A stretch of 64,000 nucleotides of DNA, taken from positions 581,569-645,568 of the forward strand of contig NW_003314342.1 of assembly GCF_000143415.4 (NCBI RefSeq). Reading direction: 5' to 3'. Under the pieces are notes generated by a model. It had not been told where the DNA came from. It saw nothing but the letters and a program-made list of their open reading frames with translations, and did not search any database. This document shows, piece after piece, positions 17,554 through 29,485 of the stretch (positions are counted from its first letter, which is position 1; every line of letters starts with the position of its first letter). A program made the position numbers and the translations under genes. Origin of the DNA: Selaginella moellendorffii. Lineage: Eukaryota; Plantae; Lycopodiophyta.

Positions 17554-18725
17554 ATGGTGTCGACGGGCAATCCAGAGAGGTAATCTCAAGCTCGCGCCAT
17601 CGTTTCCAAGCAATCGATGGATCCTTCTCGTGTTTCTTTCCAGAATGTGGTGGTCCAAGGACACAATCGTGCTCGTCACCGGCGCGAACAAGGGTATTGG
17701 CTTGCAGTTGGTGCGTGAGCTCGCCAGGCGAGGATTGACGACGATACTCACGTCTAGAGACGAATCCAGCGGCAGGAAGGCTATCGAATCGCTGCTGGAA
17801 GAGGGCATTGATCGAGAAAGGCTCGTGTATCACCAGCTCGACATCACTAGCCCCGATTCGGTCGACGCGCTGGCGGATTGGGTCTCTCGCTCCTACGGTA
17901 GCATCGAAATTCTTGTGAGTAGAGATCTAGAGCTCGAATTTCGCTGTTTCTCTAGCCGTCCAGCAGATAGTTCTTTGTTTTCTTCCTTGGTGTTCTTCCA
18001 GATTAACAATGCCGGCGTGAACTCAATTGGAGTGCCGGACTTGGAGCAAGCGAAGTACGTGGTGGAAACGAATTACTACGGCACGAAGAGAGTGATCGAG
18101 GCTATGGTCCCTCTTCTCAAACCTGGAGCTCGAATCGTTAACGTCAGCTCCAAAGCTGGTGATCTCGCGGTAAGTTCCTCGCGAATATCGATGAGAAACC
18201 TTGGAGATTCTTATGGTTTTTGCACCGCAGTATCTAAAGAACGAATGGAATGCAAAGCTGGAAGATATCGCCACTCTCACGCCCAGCAAGATCGACGAGA
18301 TGATCCAGGAGTTCTTCCGAGCAGTGGAAGCCAAAGAGATCAAAGCCCGCGGCTGGCCGTGCATGGGCGAGGAGCTCCCGCTAGCGCCACCAGAGATGCT
18401 CGCCGGCTACTCCCTCTCCAAGATCGCTCTCAACGCCTACGCGAGGATCATCGCGGAGAAGCTCGCGAGGGAGAAGGAGATCTTCCTCAACTCGATGTGT
18501 CCCGGCTCGACCAGCACGGCCATGTCGGGATTCAGGGGTCACTCGGTCGAGATTGGAGCCGACACCGCGGTGTGGATCGCTTTGCTTCCTCCGGGAACTC
18601 CGGAAGAACCACTTCCTCACGGGAGATTCTTCATGGATCGCAAGGACGTGGGATTCTCGCAGATGCCAGTCTTCTACGATGGCCAGTTCTACAAGAGCTT
18701 GGGAGAACTCCCGAAAAGCAAATAA
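17554..18725 (+). CDS. Short-chain dehydrogenase/reductase (carbonyl reductase / neomenthol dehydrogenase-like); introns 17580-17643, 17915-18001, 18170-18230
   Basis: WWSKDTIVLVTGANKGIG Rossmann motif, INNAG, NVSS, catalytic YSLSK, CPG. Confidence 0.9.
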
Positions 18726-18780
18726 ACATTATTTTCAAACTGTCTCTACTGGCGCCAGGAGCTAGGGTTTGATCCAAGCT

Positions 18781-20482
18781 ATGGTGGATCTACTGAGGAG
18801 CCGCTGGCTGATGCTAGTGGCGGGCATTTGGATCCAGATCACGATGGGATCCACCTACGTCTTTGGATTGTACTCGGAGAGCCTCAAGCGCGAGCTGGGA
18901 TTCGATCAATCGCAGCTCGACACGCTAGGGTTCTTCAAGGGGATCGGCGCCAATGTGGGGATTCACACAGGATTGCTGCTCTCGCTGGCGCTGCCGCCGT
19001 GGATTATCCTGGCGCTGGGGGCGGGCCAATGTTTTCTGGGCTATTTCATGATCTGGCTCGCTGGAACGCACAGGATCCGGGGCGTCCAGCTCTGGCAGAT
19101 GTGCGCCTTCATGCTCGTCGCTGCGAATTCGCAGACGTATTCCAACACCGCCGTGGTCGTGACATCTGTGACGAATTTTCCCACCAGTCGTGGCACTGTG
19201 ATTGGCTTGATGAAAGTAAGTTCCATTTGATCAAAGCTCCATCAAAGCTACTCATTGTTCTAGTTCTAAATGCTTGCTCCAGGGATGCTTGGGATTGAGT
19301 GGAGCCATTCTAACTTTCTTCTATCGATCGCTATGCGGGGAAGATGGTGGCAGCCAGATTCACTACACGCTCTTTGCGGCGGTAGTCCCGACAGTGGTAT
19401 GTGTTTTGCTTATGCTTCTCATTAGGCCAGTGGCACCGTCGACCATCACGCATGATCCACACGAGAACACGAACATCTCCAGGATCTCTGGGATCATCGT
19501 GGCACTCGCGTTTGGTCTCATTCCTCTCACGCTTCTCACTCCAGTGGGCCGAGTCGCGAGGATTTTGCTGTGCGTTCTACTGCTTCTAGCGCTCGCATCG
19601 CCACTACTGGTGGCATTCAAGGCAAGCAGGCTCACAAAGACGGTGGATTCCAAAGAACAGGGACAAGAGAACGTCGCGATACTCCTTGGAGAATCTAGCA
19701 GCGGCGCCAACTTTCAGGAAAAGCCCGAGAACGAGAAAAGAGGAACTTTAGTTCTTCGCAGCCAAGACTTTACACTCTCACAGGCTTTTACATCGCTCGA
19801 GTTTTGGCTACTGGTCACAGCAATGGCCTGTGGGATGGGATCGGGAGCCACAGTGATCGACAACGTGAACCAGCTTGGATCCTCACTGGGCTACTCCACA
19901 CATAACATAGCAGTGGTGGTGTCGCTGGTTAGCATCTGGAACTTCCTGGGCCGGTTTGGAGCTGGAGCACTCTCGGACTTCTTCCTCAGGGTGAGGGGTG
20001 TTCCAAGGCCGGTTTTCAACTCGATCACTCTGGGAGTCATGGCAGCCGGGCACCTTGTACTGGCGGCAGCGTTCCCGGGTGCTTTGTACGTGGGAACTCT
20101 CCTCGTTGGGCTGTGCTACGGCTCGCAGTGGTCGCTCATGCCAGCAACAGTGTCGGAGATCTTCGGCATGAAAGAGTTTGGGACGCTCTTCAACACCATC
20201 GCCGTGGCAAGCCCACTGGGAGCTTACATTCTCTCAGTGAGAGTGGCGGGCTACTTCTATGACAGGGAAGCGCAGAGGCAACAAAGCCATAGCCATGGGA
20301 GCTCGATCCATTCTCTGCCAAATTCTTGCCACGGTCCAGCATGTTTCAGGCTCACCTTTCTCGTGCTCGCTGGAGTCTGCCTCTTGGGCTGCGTTTGTAC
20401 GTCACTGCTCGTATCAAGGACGAGGAAGTACTACAAAGAAGCTCACAAGACCCTCTACCATAGCAAAAGCTGGCAAAAGTAA
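18781..20482 (+). CDS. Nodulin-like MFS transporter (NFD4-like); intron 19216-19282
   Basis: RWLMLVAGIWIQ..GSTYVFGLYS, NFPTSRG, EFWLL, SIWNFLGRFGAGALSD, SEIFG, CHGPACFR. Confidence 0.93.
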
Positions 20483-21309
20483 TAGTGCCATTTGATCAAA
20501 GTATAAAGGTATAATTTCTTTTCATATGGTATCAAACGACTCCTGTGTATGTGTATAATAATTTGCTAGCATAATTTGTCTAATGGTACCAGATTATTAT
20601 AACAAGGCCGTGAGTGTTCTCAGCTAATTTACATACTACTATTCGATGTCGTGCCAAACAGCATTGGTTAATGGGACAATCACTGATGCTAGAATTATTG
20701 TAACATATCAAATATAATAGACAATACCTCCTTAAGTTAGTAGTAGGTTGTACTCTTCGTAGTATTTATATTAAATAGCTTTTAATGATTTCCTTTTGAT
20801 TATTCTTGCATCATATAGTATACTCATTTTAATAAAAGTGATAAGCGAGCATATGGTTTCTGTTGGCCATGGCCTTGAAAGTTCTCTGCACGCCGCTGAG
20901 GTGACCGATGTGAGCATGCACCGCCACCATCACGTTCCACGAGAAGATATCCCAGCTCCACAAGATCACGCTCTCGCAAAGTACGTGGACTTGGATCACC
21001 AGGTTCCAGGAGCACGAATCATATTGGGGGGATTCTCGAGAAGACTGCTTCAGCGTTCCTGGCGAGACCATTTTGGCTGCAGGTGCGGAGGAAAGCCATG
21101 GAGTTGAGGTCGGCCATGGTTTTGAAGAAGCGGTCCTCGCAGTCTCTGGTATGCCCATGGAAGAATTATGAGAAAGATAATCCAGCAGCAGCGACAAATA
21201 TTGTAGTTTCTCTTATAACCTTTCAGAGTTAATGGGAACTTGGTTATGATGAATATTTACCTGAAACAATATTTCGCCCTCACCTTGGCATATGAAATGC
21301 TTTGACACT

Positions 21310-22170
21310 TTATTCCAAAGGCCCGCTATACTTTCCGAAAGGCTTGAGGTGATATGTTGCCACACCCTGCACGGCACCGCAGGGGAGGTAAAGCCTGCGA
21401 GCAAACACTTTGGTGCTCGCTCCTCCCCGTTCTACTCTCACCTCTTCTCCGCCATCATCTTCGTCTCGAGCAACGCCAGTGATCGATAGTTCAAAGCCGG
21501 ACTTGTCCTCCACCCAAGCGATGTCTACCGTGGCCGACTGCGCACCGGGCATCTCCGCGACGACGTACGAGCCTGGATGATCCACCAAGGGGGAGATGGT
21601 GATGAAGTCGTCACCACAATCATCTGCGTCGTTGGAGGCGAGAGCTTCAGGCCGAAATTGCCCGGCCGCGTCTGAAATGGTGCACGAGGCCGGAGGAAGA
21701 CGCGGGGCAGGCACCGAAAGGTACTCCTCCTCCACTGTTTGCTCCAGCCCTGGGACAAGCGGCAGCGTCACTCGCAAGAGACTACTGTCAAGCCGGTAGC
21801 TTATCCTTTCCGCGTCCACTGCATCGGGGAGCACAAACTCTCGTGCAAACATCTTGGTGAAGGAGGATGCGACGCTCTTTCGCCTCGTGAGAGATCCCGA
21901 CGATGGTCACGAGTCGACGGAATTGAGAGCCTGAGACCTCCACCTTGACATCGCTCACGCCCGGCATCTCCGAAAGGATGAGATACGAGTGCGGGAGGCA
22001 GCAGCAATGAAGCACTTGTGTGCGCTCATAGCGTGCTCGACCTCAACCGTGCCGTTGGAGGCGGTCCCGCACCCGCGCGCCTGGCGGAGAGAGCAGTAAT
22101 CAGGGCTGCATGCTTGTGCCGCGACAAGCACCAAGAATACCATCGCCACCCTCGCTGCCGCCACCACCAT
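21310..22170 (-). pseudogene. Signal peptide followed by two tandem alpha-crystallin/HSP20-like domains, broken by two frameshifts
   Basis: MVVAAARVAMVFLVLVAAQA signal; domain 1 SYLILSEMPGVSDVKVEV..TKMFAREFVLPDAVDAERISYRLDSSLLRVTLP; domain 2 SYVVAEMPGAQSATVDI..LSITG..TKVFARRLYLP; pieces lie in different frames (~22000 and ~21880). Confidence 0.7.
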
Positions 22171-22646
22171 TCTTCGCCCTTGTAAACAACAAAGAGTCGA
22201 TCAAGGATCAAAAACATCAAGTTAAACTAGAAATAGATCCTCCGGAGCTGAACTCATTATAAGGCGGCATCGATTTGCTTTTTTCCACTCTTTCTGCCCC
22301 CTCTTTGCTTGGCTCACTACCCTGATAATGCAAAGAAGGTTTGGATGGACTTTCCTCGACTGTGCTGGGTTGAAAATTTCCATGCACTTTGTTATCTTCC
22401 TCACGTCTTTATCCAGCACTCCCAACAATTGCTTGAGTCAATTTATTACATTTCCTTTTAGGTTTGGAGGTGGCACATTTTGAGATCATTTCCAATCCGG
22501 ATAGGCTAGATTTATTGTGCTCCTTTTTGTGGAAGATAAAAAATCTCACATGCTTTTCCTTTGGCATGGTGCATTGCATCAGTTTTAACACCAAATTTAC
22601 CCTTGCTACGGATAGGAATATTTAGCCTTTACTCTTTTATGTAAGA

Positions 22647-22674
22647 CTAGTATTTGCCCAGCAAATGCTGGGCA
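22647..22674 (-). mobile_element. Candidate Helitron 3' terminus
   Basis: Perfect 9-bp-stem hairpin TGCCCAGCA-AA-TGCTGGGCA (22655-22674); on the minus strand it is followed by AATA-CTAG|T. Confidence 0.5.
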
Positions 22675-23399
22675 GTGTGTGGCATTCAGCTGCTGTCACT
22701 CAATGAGGTGTTGCTTCCCAACTTCAACCAAGGTAAGGCTTAGCATCCATTAAGTACTTACTAGGTCCAGGCAATATCACATGGAGCACCTATTGTGGAC
22801 AAAGATGTTTCGTTCTTGTGTCAAAAGCAAGAGGCCCATCCTGTGAAGCTCTTTTCAATTTCGCACATAGAGGTAACCTGTTTGTAATTCTGGCGTCTCG
22901 CTACAATGAATCTTAGTGGGGAGTGGATTTTCCCAATCTGACTGTCAAGACTTAAGAGCAGTTCCCCAAGGTATTTACTCCCAGCAGCAATCTAGAGTGA
23001 TACTAGGCCCAGGAATCTGAGCGGTCCATAGGCAAGTCCAAGCCTGTCCCATTCAAGCCAGAGCACCCTCCTCTCCTTACCATTTTACCTTGGTTTGAGC
23101 TGCAGGAAGTGCTATGATCCTAAAATGCTAGCGTGAATATCATCAATGAACATGCCACGTTCATCCTATGTTTGGCCTTCTATTGGGACGAATGTTTCTA
23201 TGGGCAACCAAAGCAATGATGATAGATTTTTGTGTTTAATATTTTGAATACAAAGTTTAACAATGATTTATATTAAACAGGAGGGTTTGCAATGGTTGCT
23301 GAAGCATGGGATGATACTCTAAGTATGAGGATTATGTGAAAATGATAACATGGTTTATGTATCTCAAAGAGTTCAATTGTGTTCATCATGATATATGTA

Positions 23400-23870
23400 A
23401 TATAAAAGGAGATTAACAGAATTCCATGAAGACTTAGAAGCTCGAAGCAAGGGAAGGCAGGTAGCAACTTTGGATCTAGTGTGCCTTTGATTAAATTTGA
23501 ATGGTTGAAGATAGAACAATTGTTTAAGAGAGAGCTCAAGGGAGATTTACTATGGCTTTCTACCAACACTTGGTGAATACAACATGCAAAACAAGTATAC
23601 ATGGGAGAAATTCAAGAACAAGTTTTTGTGAGTGTACTTCACAATCTGATGAGAAGAGGGAAGGGTAATTACAGGTTTGATGGCTCAATTCACGGATTGA
23701 CCTGAAAAAATTGTACATTATCAGTGGAGAGAAGAAAACCTACCTTAAAATCTAAGGCACATGAGAAAGGGATAAGGAGAAACCTTGTGTAAACAAAAGA
23801 AGGGTGGTAGTGACATATGTTTTGGTTGTGGTGATACAAATCACAAAGTGCATGATTGTCCTTTGGTGTA
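23400..23870 (+). mobile_element. Degenerate LTR-retrotransposon gag relic
   Basis: YTWEKFKNKFL* gag-like motif (~23595-23632) and CCHC knuckle CFGCGDTNHKVHDC (23818-23859); many stops. Confidence 0.75.
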
Positions 23871-26106
23871 AAAAGTTGCAAGTTGAATACTGATTCTAAG
23901 AGTGTTTGGTTAATGGACATGTCAAACATGTAAAAAGTAGTTCACTATTGCAAATGATTGAATAGAGCCTGAAAAAATGTTGCAATTGGATATAAACCAT
24001 TCTAGGGGTGAGAGTAGAGTTTGAAGATTTACCTTTTAGTTCAAAGTAAAATCCTTTCCTTGTTTAGTTTGTGCTTGCTTTTTTTTTTCTTCTTTTTTGC
24101 GATCTTTTGTTTTATATTGGTCCTTGACCTCGTGGTCTATAGTAACTGTTCACTTGATAAGCTGGAAAAAATTCTGAAGACGAGTCATCCACCATTTGCA
24201 TGGACATTTCCACTGAGTGTACGGGAATGTGTTCCTGTCCAAATGATGGTGATGCCAATTGAGCTAGCAACTTCTTTTGCCTTTGTTGATGGTAGTGAGA
24301 ACAGTAGCCATCATCTTCGTGATGTCTTGCATGCAGGTTTCCAATGATGATGTCAATTTCTACTGCACTGAGAATGCAAAGGTAGAGGAAGATGATCCCA
24401 TCTCAATCAAGTACTTCCGCCCCTGAGTTTCCTCCTCCAATATTGCAGCCTCCACCATCATACTTCCTTGCGATGTACTTTCCGAGCCAGATCAGGATGC
24501 AACTGTAAGCTCTCACCACCCCTAAACTCGTTGCATCAACACCCTTATCCTTGCATTTAGAACCGCTGGTTGAATTGCCTAAGAGACTCTTGGGGTTGTT
24601 GGCGGATGAGATCAAGCTCCTCCGCCATCACATGATCTTTGCTCTCTAGTATTTCAAAAGAGTGAGGAAAAGCTTTGTGAAAGACTCAAAGTCAACTGCC
24701 TGGTGAGCTGCCACAAGAAAGCCTAACCAGAAAATGACAACCAAAAATATGCCATCTGTGAGTACTTAGGAATCGCCATCGCTGCTAGAAAGGACTTTAC
24801 ACTTTCCACATGCACCAAGTCTCCTCTGAATGTTAGGAGGATTGCTACTATGTGTGCATCAAGAGCATTCCGTTGTCTTGGGGCCAACATCGGTCTTGTG
24901 TTTCGTTTCCTTGCAAGTGGCAAAGAGCAGATTTCTTGAAACGGTCAGTTAGAGATATGGCCAGTTTTGGAGCGAGTTGACACCAGTACAGGAAATCACG
25001 CCCTCCCCCTCAGCGTCCCGTCCCAGGGCAGTTCATGAAGTCCTGTACGCATGCAAGGGCATGCAAGCTCTGATCTATCTTTCAGCCTTTATTCCCGTAC
25101 GTTGTCTTACTCCTCTATCACAACTCGTCCTTGTAGAAACTCACAACTGTAAATACCTCAAACCTAGAGAGTGGCTTGATGAATGGATTGCAATTTAATT
25201 GTGCTTTTCTGCCTCTTCTGCTCAACTCCATTTTGTTCCTCTTTCCTACACTCTAGTGGAAGAGAAAGACTGTCATCACCCTTAAAAGTTTCATGACCAA
25301 TCCTCCTTTTTAGCACGCAAATTTGAGAAGCGAAGTCAAAAGCTTGCCACCGCTCTTGCTCAGATGTTTGCGAGGTGTGAGTGATCACTGCCCAGTGCCG
25401 ATGCTGTCTTTTGGCAAATCCCTCCACTCCACAAGGACGTCCGCTTTCTGTCGACCTCAGCGCTGTCAAGTGTCCAACAAGTTTTGATCCGATTCTTGTG
25501 ACCATTATCTTGGCTTCTTCCAAGTGACTCTCTCTAGACGATCGCAATGGTCGCTTGGAGCTCTGCTCATTCAATGGAAGATAACGATGGCTCCCTGCCA
25601 TTCTTCAAGTCCAAGGCGATCACGATGCCTCGCTGCAGTTCAAGGCGATCTGGACAAGCGATCAAACTTCGGGAGGCCTCAAACCAGCCCAAGAGCGTCG
25701 TGGAGTTTTCAGTCCGCCCTGTGAACGTCGAGGCATGTCGAGTTTCTTGCCTTCTATGTCCATACTTCCGCCCCAGAGCTCGAAATCTTCCTGGAAAAAT
25801 CAGCTTACAAGCCGAAACATCGCCGATCCATCATACCTCGACACCCTTATAATCGTTGATAAGCGAGAAGAAAAAGCTTTTGTTACCTGTATGAACAGTA
25901 GCAGTAGCCTTCTTTATGTTACCAAATCCTTGGCTCTATATTCCTCTTTGTCTTCCAATGACGTTTCATTATCTTGACAAAGGTTTTGGCGACGTCAAGT
26001 TTGACAGTCTTCCTGCTACAGTTCAGAGTAGAGTAATGGAACGCGGATTCTAGAAATGATAGGCACTCACCTCTTCCTTCTTCCTCATCCATTCTCACTC
26101 TTTCCC

Positions 26107-29100
26107 ATGGCAAGAGCTTTGATGTTTGTCGCCTTACAGTGGATGTTCCTGGATTCGCTTCTGGCAGCGTCTACAGCGGAGATCTCGGCTATCAGAGACA
26201 TTGCCTCCGCCCTAGGAGTGCCGGCCACGGTCTGGAACACGAGCACGGATCCCTGCAGTGGAAGATGGAGGGGAATCAGCTGCTGCAACGCACAACGAGT
26301 GAACTCTACCTGCTGTTCCTCCATCTACAGTCCGTTTGAAAGCACCCTTTGTCCAGACTCCTCCTCCGCAAACTCGTCCACCATCGTCGGAGTGTCTCTC
26401 GACTCCAATTCCATCATGCGAGTGTTGAGTGGTTCTCTCCCCGATTCCGTCTGTAATTTGACGTCATTGGTTACTCTGGATCTCAACAACAACAACTTAC
26501 AAGGCCCGATTCCTCGCTGCATCGGAATCCGGCTGACACGGCTCAAGAAGCTCGGGATGGCTGGAGGTGCAGGGAACCTCGGAACCATTCCGGAGGAGCT
26601 CGGGAGCTTGAGCAGCTTGGAGCAGCTTTACCTGGATAACACCAACTTGACCGGGCCAATCCCAAGCTCTTTCGGAGGTATGACAAGCCTGCAGCAGCTG
26701 GATATTAGATACAATAGATTATCAGGAAGGATTCCATTGGAGCTGGGAAGGTTGTCTAACCTCGTGGAGCTGGGAATTCAAGTGAACAGCTTGGAAGGTG
26801 GCATCGAGGCCGTGGCCAGCTTGACACGCCTCGAGACTTTGAGAGCCTTTAACAACCATTTTTCCGGGAACTTGAGCCTGTCCATCTTCCGGAACCTGTC
26901 AAGCCTGAGGGTGTTGAATCTCAAGCTAAACAACTTCACGGGTGGCATACCTGAGCTCGATGAAAGATTTGTCAATCTAACTCATCTCGACTTGAGCTTC
27001 AACCAGTTCTCCGGCGGCATTCCAGGCTCCCTGGTTAGACTCCCTTCTCTCACACATCTCTTCCTCGGCCACAACAATCTTTCGGGAGCCATTCCTTCTT
27101 CACCTCCGCCGGCTCTCCAGGTTCTGGATGTCTCCCACAATTCTCTCAGTGGCTCCTTGCCGAATCTACCACAGCAGCTGCAAGTCGACTTCTCCTTCAA
27201 TTCCCTTAACTCGGTCTCTTCTTCAGCTGGTGGAAACGGGCAAGGATACTTCAACTGCATCGCTCCCGGACTTTCATGCAACCGGTCACTGCCTGGAAGA
27301 TCCACTTCATTCGCGGTTCGCGTAGGTAGCTCCGAGGACTTGACGAACAGGGACGGTACTCTCTTTCGCAGTGACGGTTTTGCACGAAACTCCACAGGTC
27401 TCCACTACTTGGAAGCTGACAGAAACTGGGCGCTGGAACTCTCGAGTGAATTCAGCAGCACGGTGACATTCCCAGCAACGATCAGTGGAGTACCTCCCGA
27501 GGACAATTCCTCTCTCTATCAAACCATGAGGTGGTCATCTTCCTATCTTGCCTACCATGGTGGCAACCTGGCTCCTGGAACTTACAGCGTCTCACTGTAC
27601 TTTTGCGAGACTGTCTTCACCAACGCGAGCTATCGAGCCATGGACGTCGTGGTTCAAGGTGAAGTGATCGCTAGGCAGCTCGACGTTGTGAGAGAAGTTG
27701 GACCCCGGACAGCGTACAAGATCACCAGGAACGCCACGGTCACTGATGGAAGCTTGTCCATCGAGTTCATCTTCACCGGGCCCGACCGCTACATCAATCC
27801 AAACATCTTCCGACTCGCGCCACAATCTGGAGCAATGGTGTCTGCCATCTCGGTAAGATCCTTCGATCACGTAGACTCTCTGGGCAGTAATTCCTCGAGA
27901 ACCTGGAAGGTAGCAGTAGCAGCGTCAGTCTCCGCAGCAGCTGCTGCCATCGCAGTTATCATCATCGTCGCCATCTTCTTTTGCAAGAGATCCAGGAAGA
28001 ACTTTCGGGCAAAGAGTTTTTCTATCTACAGTGACACCGTTGGGATCAAAGTCTACAGCTACAAGGAACTCTACGAGGCAACCGATGGATTCAATCCAAC
28101 GAAGAAGCTCGGGCAAGGAGGATTCGGCAGCGTCTACGTGGGGAACTTGCAAGACCAAACTCTAGTCGCAGTCAAGCAACTCCTCCATCAAACCCAGCAA
28201 GGCCGGGAGGCTTTCCGGAAAGAAATCCGGATTCTAAGCAGCGTCCAGCACAGGAATCTCGTGGCAGTGAGAGGATACTGCCTCGAGGCCGAGCATCCAA
28301 TGCTGGTATGCGACTACATGCGCAACGGAAGCCTAGACCACTTCCTACACGGGAGCAGGGGATTTCTCACCTGGAATCAGCGCCGGAAGATCGCGATCGA
28401 CACCGCATTTGGCCTGGCGTACCTCCACGATGAATCCAAGCACCGGATCATCCACTGCGACCTCAAACCGCCAAACATCCTCCTGGACGACGATCTGATG
28501 CCGCGCATCGCGGATTTCGGCATGGCGCGGCTGTACGAGGAGGGAAAATCGCACGTCACGGCCACAAAAATGGGAGGGACGATCGGCTACCTCGCCCCAG
28601 GTAAGAAGAAAGAACGGATTTCTAGGGTTCTTGATCTAGGGTTTATTGATATTTCTTCTCTCGCAGAGTACGCGATGCACTACCAGCTCTCCGACAAGGC
28701 GGATGTCTACAGCTATGGCGTGGTGCTGCTGGAGATTATCAGCGGCCGGCGGGCGATCGATAGCGCGGCGCCTCGCGAGGAGGTGGTTTTGGTGGATTTT
28801 GCGCAGAGCTTGGCGTCGATCTCGACGCTGGAGCTTGTGACGCTGCTGGATAAGAAGCTGGAGGGGGAGGGAGGGGAGATTAGCGTGGCAGAGGTTGTAG
28901 ATATGGCTAGGGTTGCTGTGCTGTGCACGCTCGAGAATCCATTGCTGCGGCCGAGAATGCGGGCCGTGTGGCTCATGCTCAAGGGTACGATGGAGATTCC
29001 AGACATTCCCGCGATGCTGGACACCAGGTATAACGCCGTCAGGGCGCTCATGAGTGCTTACGAGCGATCGCAAGCAACGAGTGATTGCGCTGAGGCTGTT

Positions 29101-29118
29101 CTTCTCAGCCCGCGATAG
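26107..29118 (+). CDS. LRR-malectin receptor-like kinase 1 (non-RD); intron 28601-28666
   Basis: Signal peptide, Cys-rich cap, ~11 plant LRRs, malectin (LYQTMR, YSVSLYFCE, MDVVVQG, VSAISV), TM, kinase GQGGFG / VAVK / HCDLKPPN / DFG. Confidence 0.93.
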   Translation: MARALMFVALQWMFLDSLLAASTAEISAIRDIASALGVPATVWNTSTDPCSGRWRGISCCNAQRVNSTCCSSIYSPFESTLCPDSSSANSSTIVGVSLDSNSIMRVLSGSLPDSVCNLTSLVTLDLNNNNLQGPIPRCIGIRLTRLKKLGMAGGAGNLGTIPEELGSLSSLEQLYLDNTNLTGPIPSSFGGMTSLQQLDIRYNRLSGRIPLELGRLSNLVELGIQVNSLEGGIEAVASLTRLETLRAFNNHFSGNLSLSIFRNLSSLRVLNLKLNNFTGGIPELDERFVNLTHLDLSFNQFSGGIPGSLVRLPSLTHLFLGHNNLSGAIPSSPPPALQVLDVSHNSLSGSLPNLPQQLQVDFSFNSLNSVSSSAGGNGQGYFNCIAPGLSCNRSLPGRSTSFAVRVGSSEDLTNRDGTLFRSDGFARNSTGLHYLEADRNWALELSSEFSSTVTFPATISGVPPEDNSSLYQTMRWSSSYLAYHGGNLAPGTYSVSLYFCETVFTNASYRAMDVVVQGEVIARQLDVVREVGPRTAYKITRNATVTDGSLSIEFIFTGPDRYINPNIFRLAPQSGAMVSAISVRSFDHVDSLGSNSSRTWKVAVAASVSAAAAAIAVIIIVAIFFCKRSRKNFRAKSFSIYSDTVGIKVYSYKELYEATDGFNPTKKLGQGGFGSVYVGNLQDQTLVAVKQLLHQTQQGREAFRKEIRILSSVQHRNLVAVRGYCLEAEHPMLVCDYMRNGSLDHFLHGSRGFLTWNQRRKIAIDTAFGLAYLHDESKHRIIHCDLKPPNILLDDDLMPRIADFGMARLYEEGKSHVTATKMGGTIGYLAPGKKKERISRVLDLGFIDISSLAEYAMHYQLSDKADVYSYGVVLLEIISGRRAIDSAAPREEVVLVDFAQSLASISTLELVTLLDKKLEGEGGEISVAEVVDMARVAVLCTLENPLLRPRMRAVWLMLKGTMEIPDIPAMLDTRYNAVRALMSAYERSQATSDCAEAVLLSPR

Positions 29119-29485
29119 AAGTGGTATGGATCAAACAGGAGTTCTCACTTACCTTGTTCAGTCTTGAGAAGCGATTTGATTGATAGTTTTTGACACAATC
29201 AAACCAGAAGTTTCGCAAGCTACTGGATGGGAGCTTGCGTAGCTTGAACGATCAGAAGAAGTTTCTAAGCATGACAAGCTATCAACGCTGCCGAAAAGTT
29301 GCAGAAGGTATGAACTAGTTCTACTTAGTGTAGTTGGGACCATCGATTTACTCGACTCTCTTTCAGGAGTTTCCGTGCAACGACGCTGTGGGACTCCGCC
29401 GCAACAGAAGGACATATAGAAAATGGATAAGTTGTCTCAAAGGGACCTGAAAAGGCACTCTTTTTGAGCACAGCAGCCGAATAGA

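Noticed and set aside
17630-18772. 380-aa ORF as a single-exon SDR
   Set aside because: Reads through introns and leaves the true frame; the spliced model restores the YxxxK motif
20796-21200. GC-richer coding-like patch (ARIILGGFS resembles a carboxylesterase motif)
   Set aside because: Too short and unsupported by other motifs; cannot be assigned
24400-25900. Several 60-145 aa ORFs
   Set aside because: No recognisable domain or coherent exon structure; treated as decayed fragments
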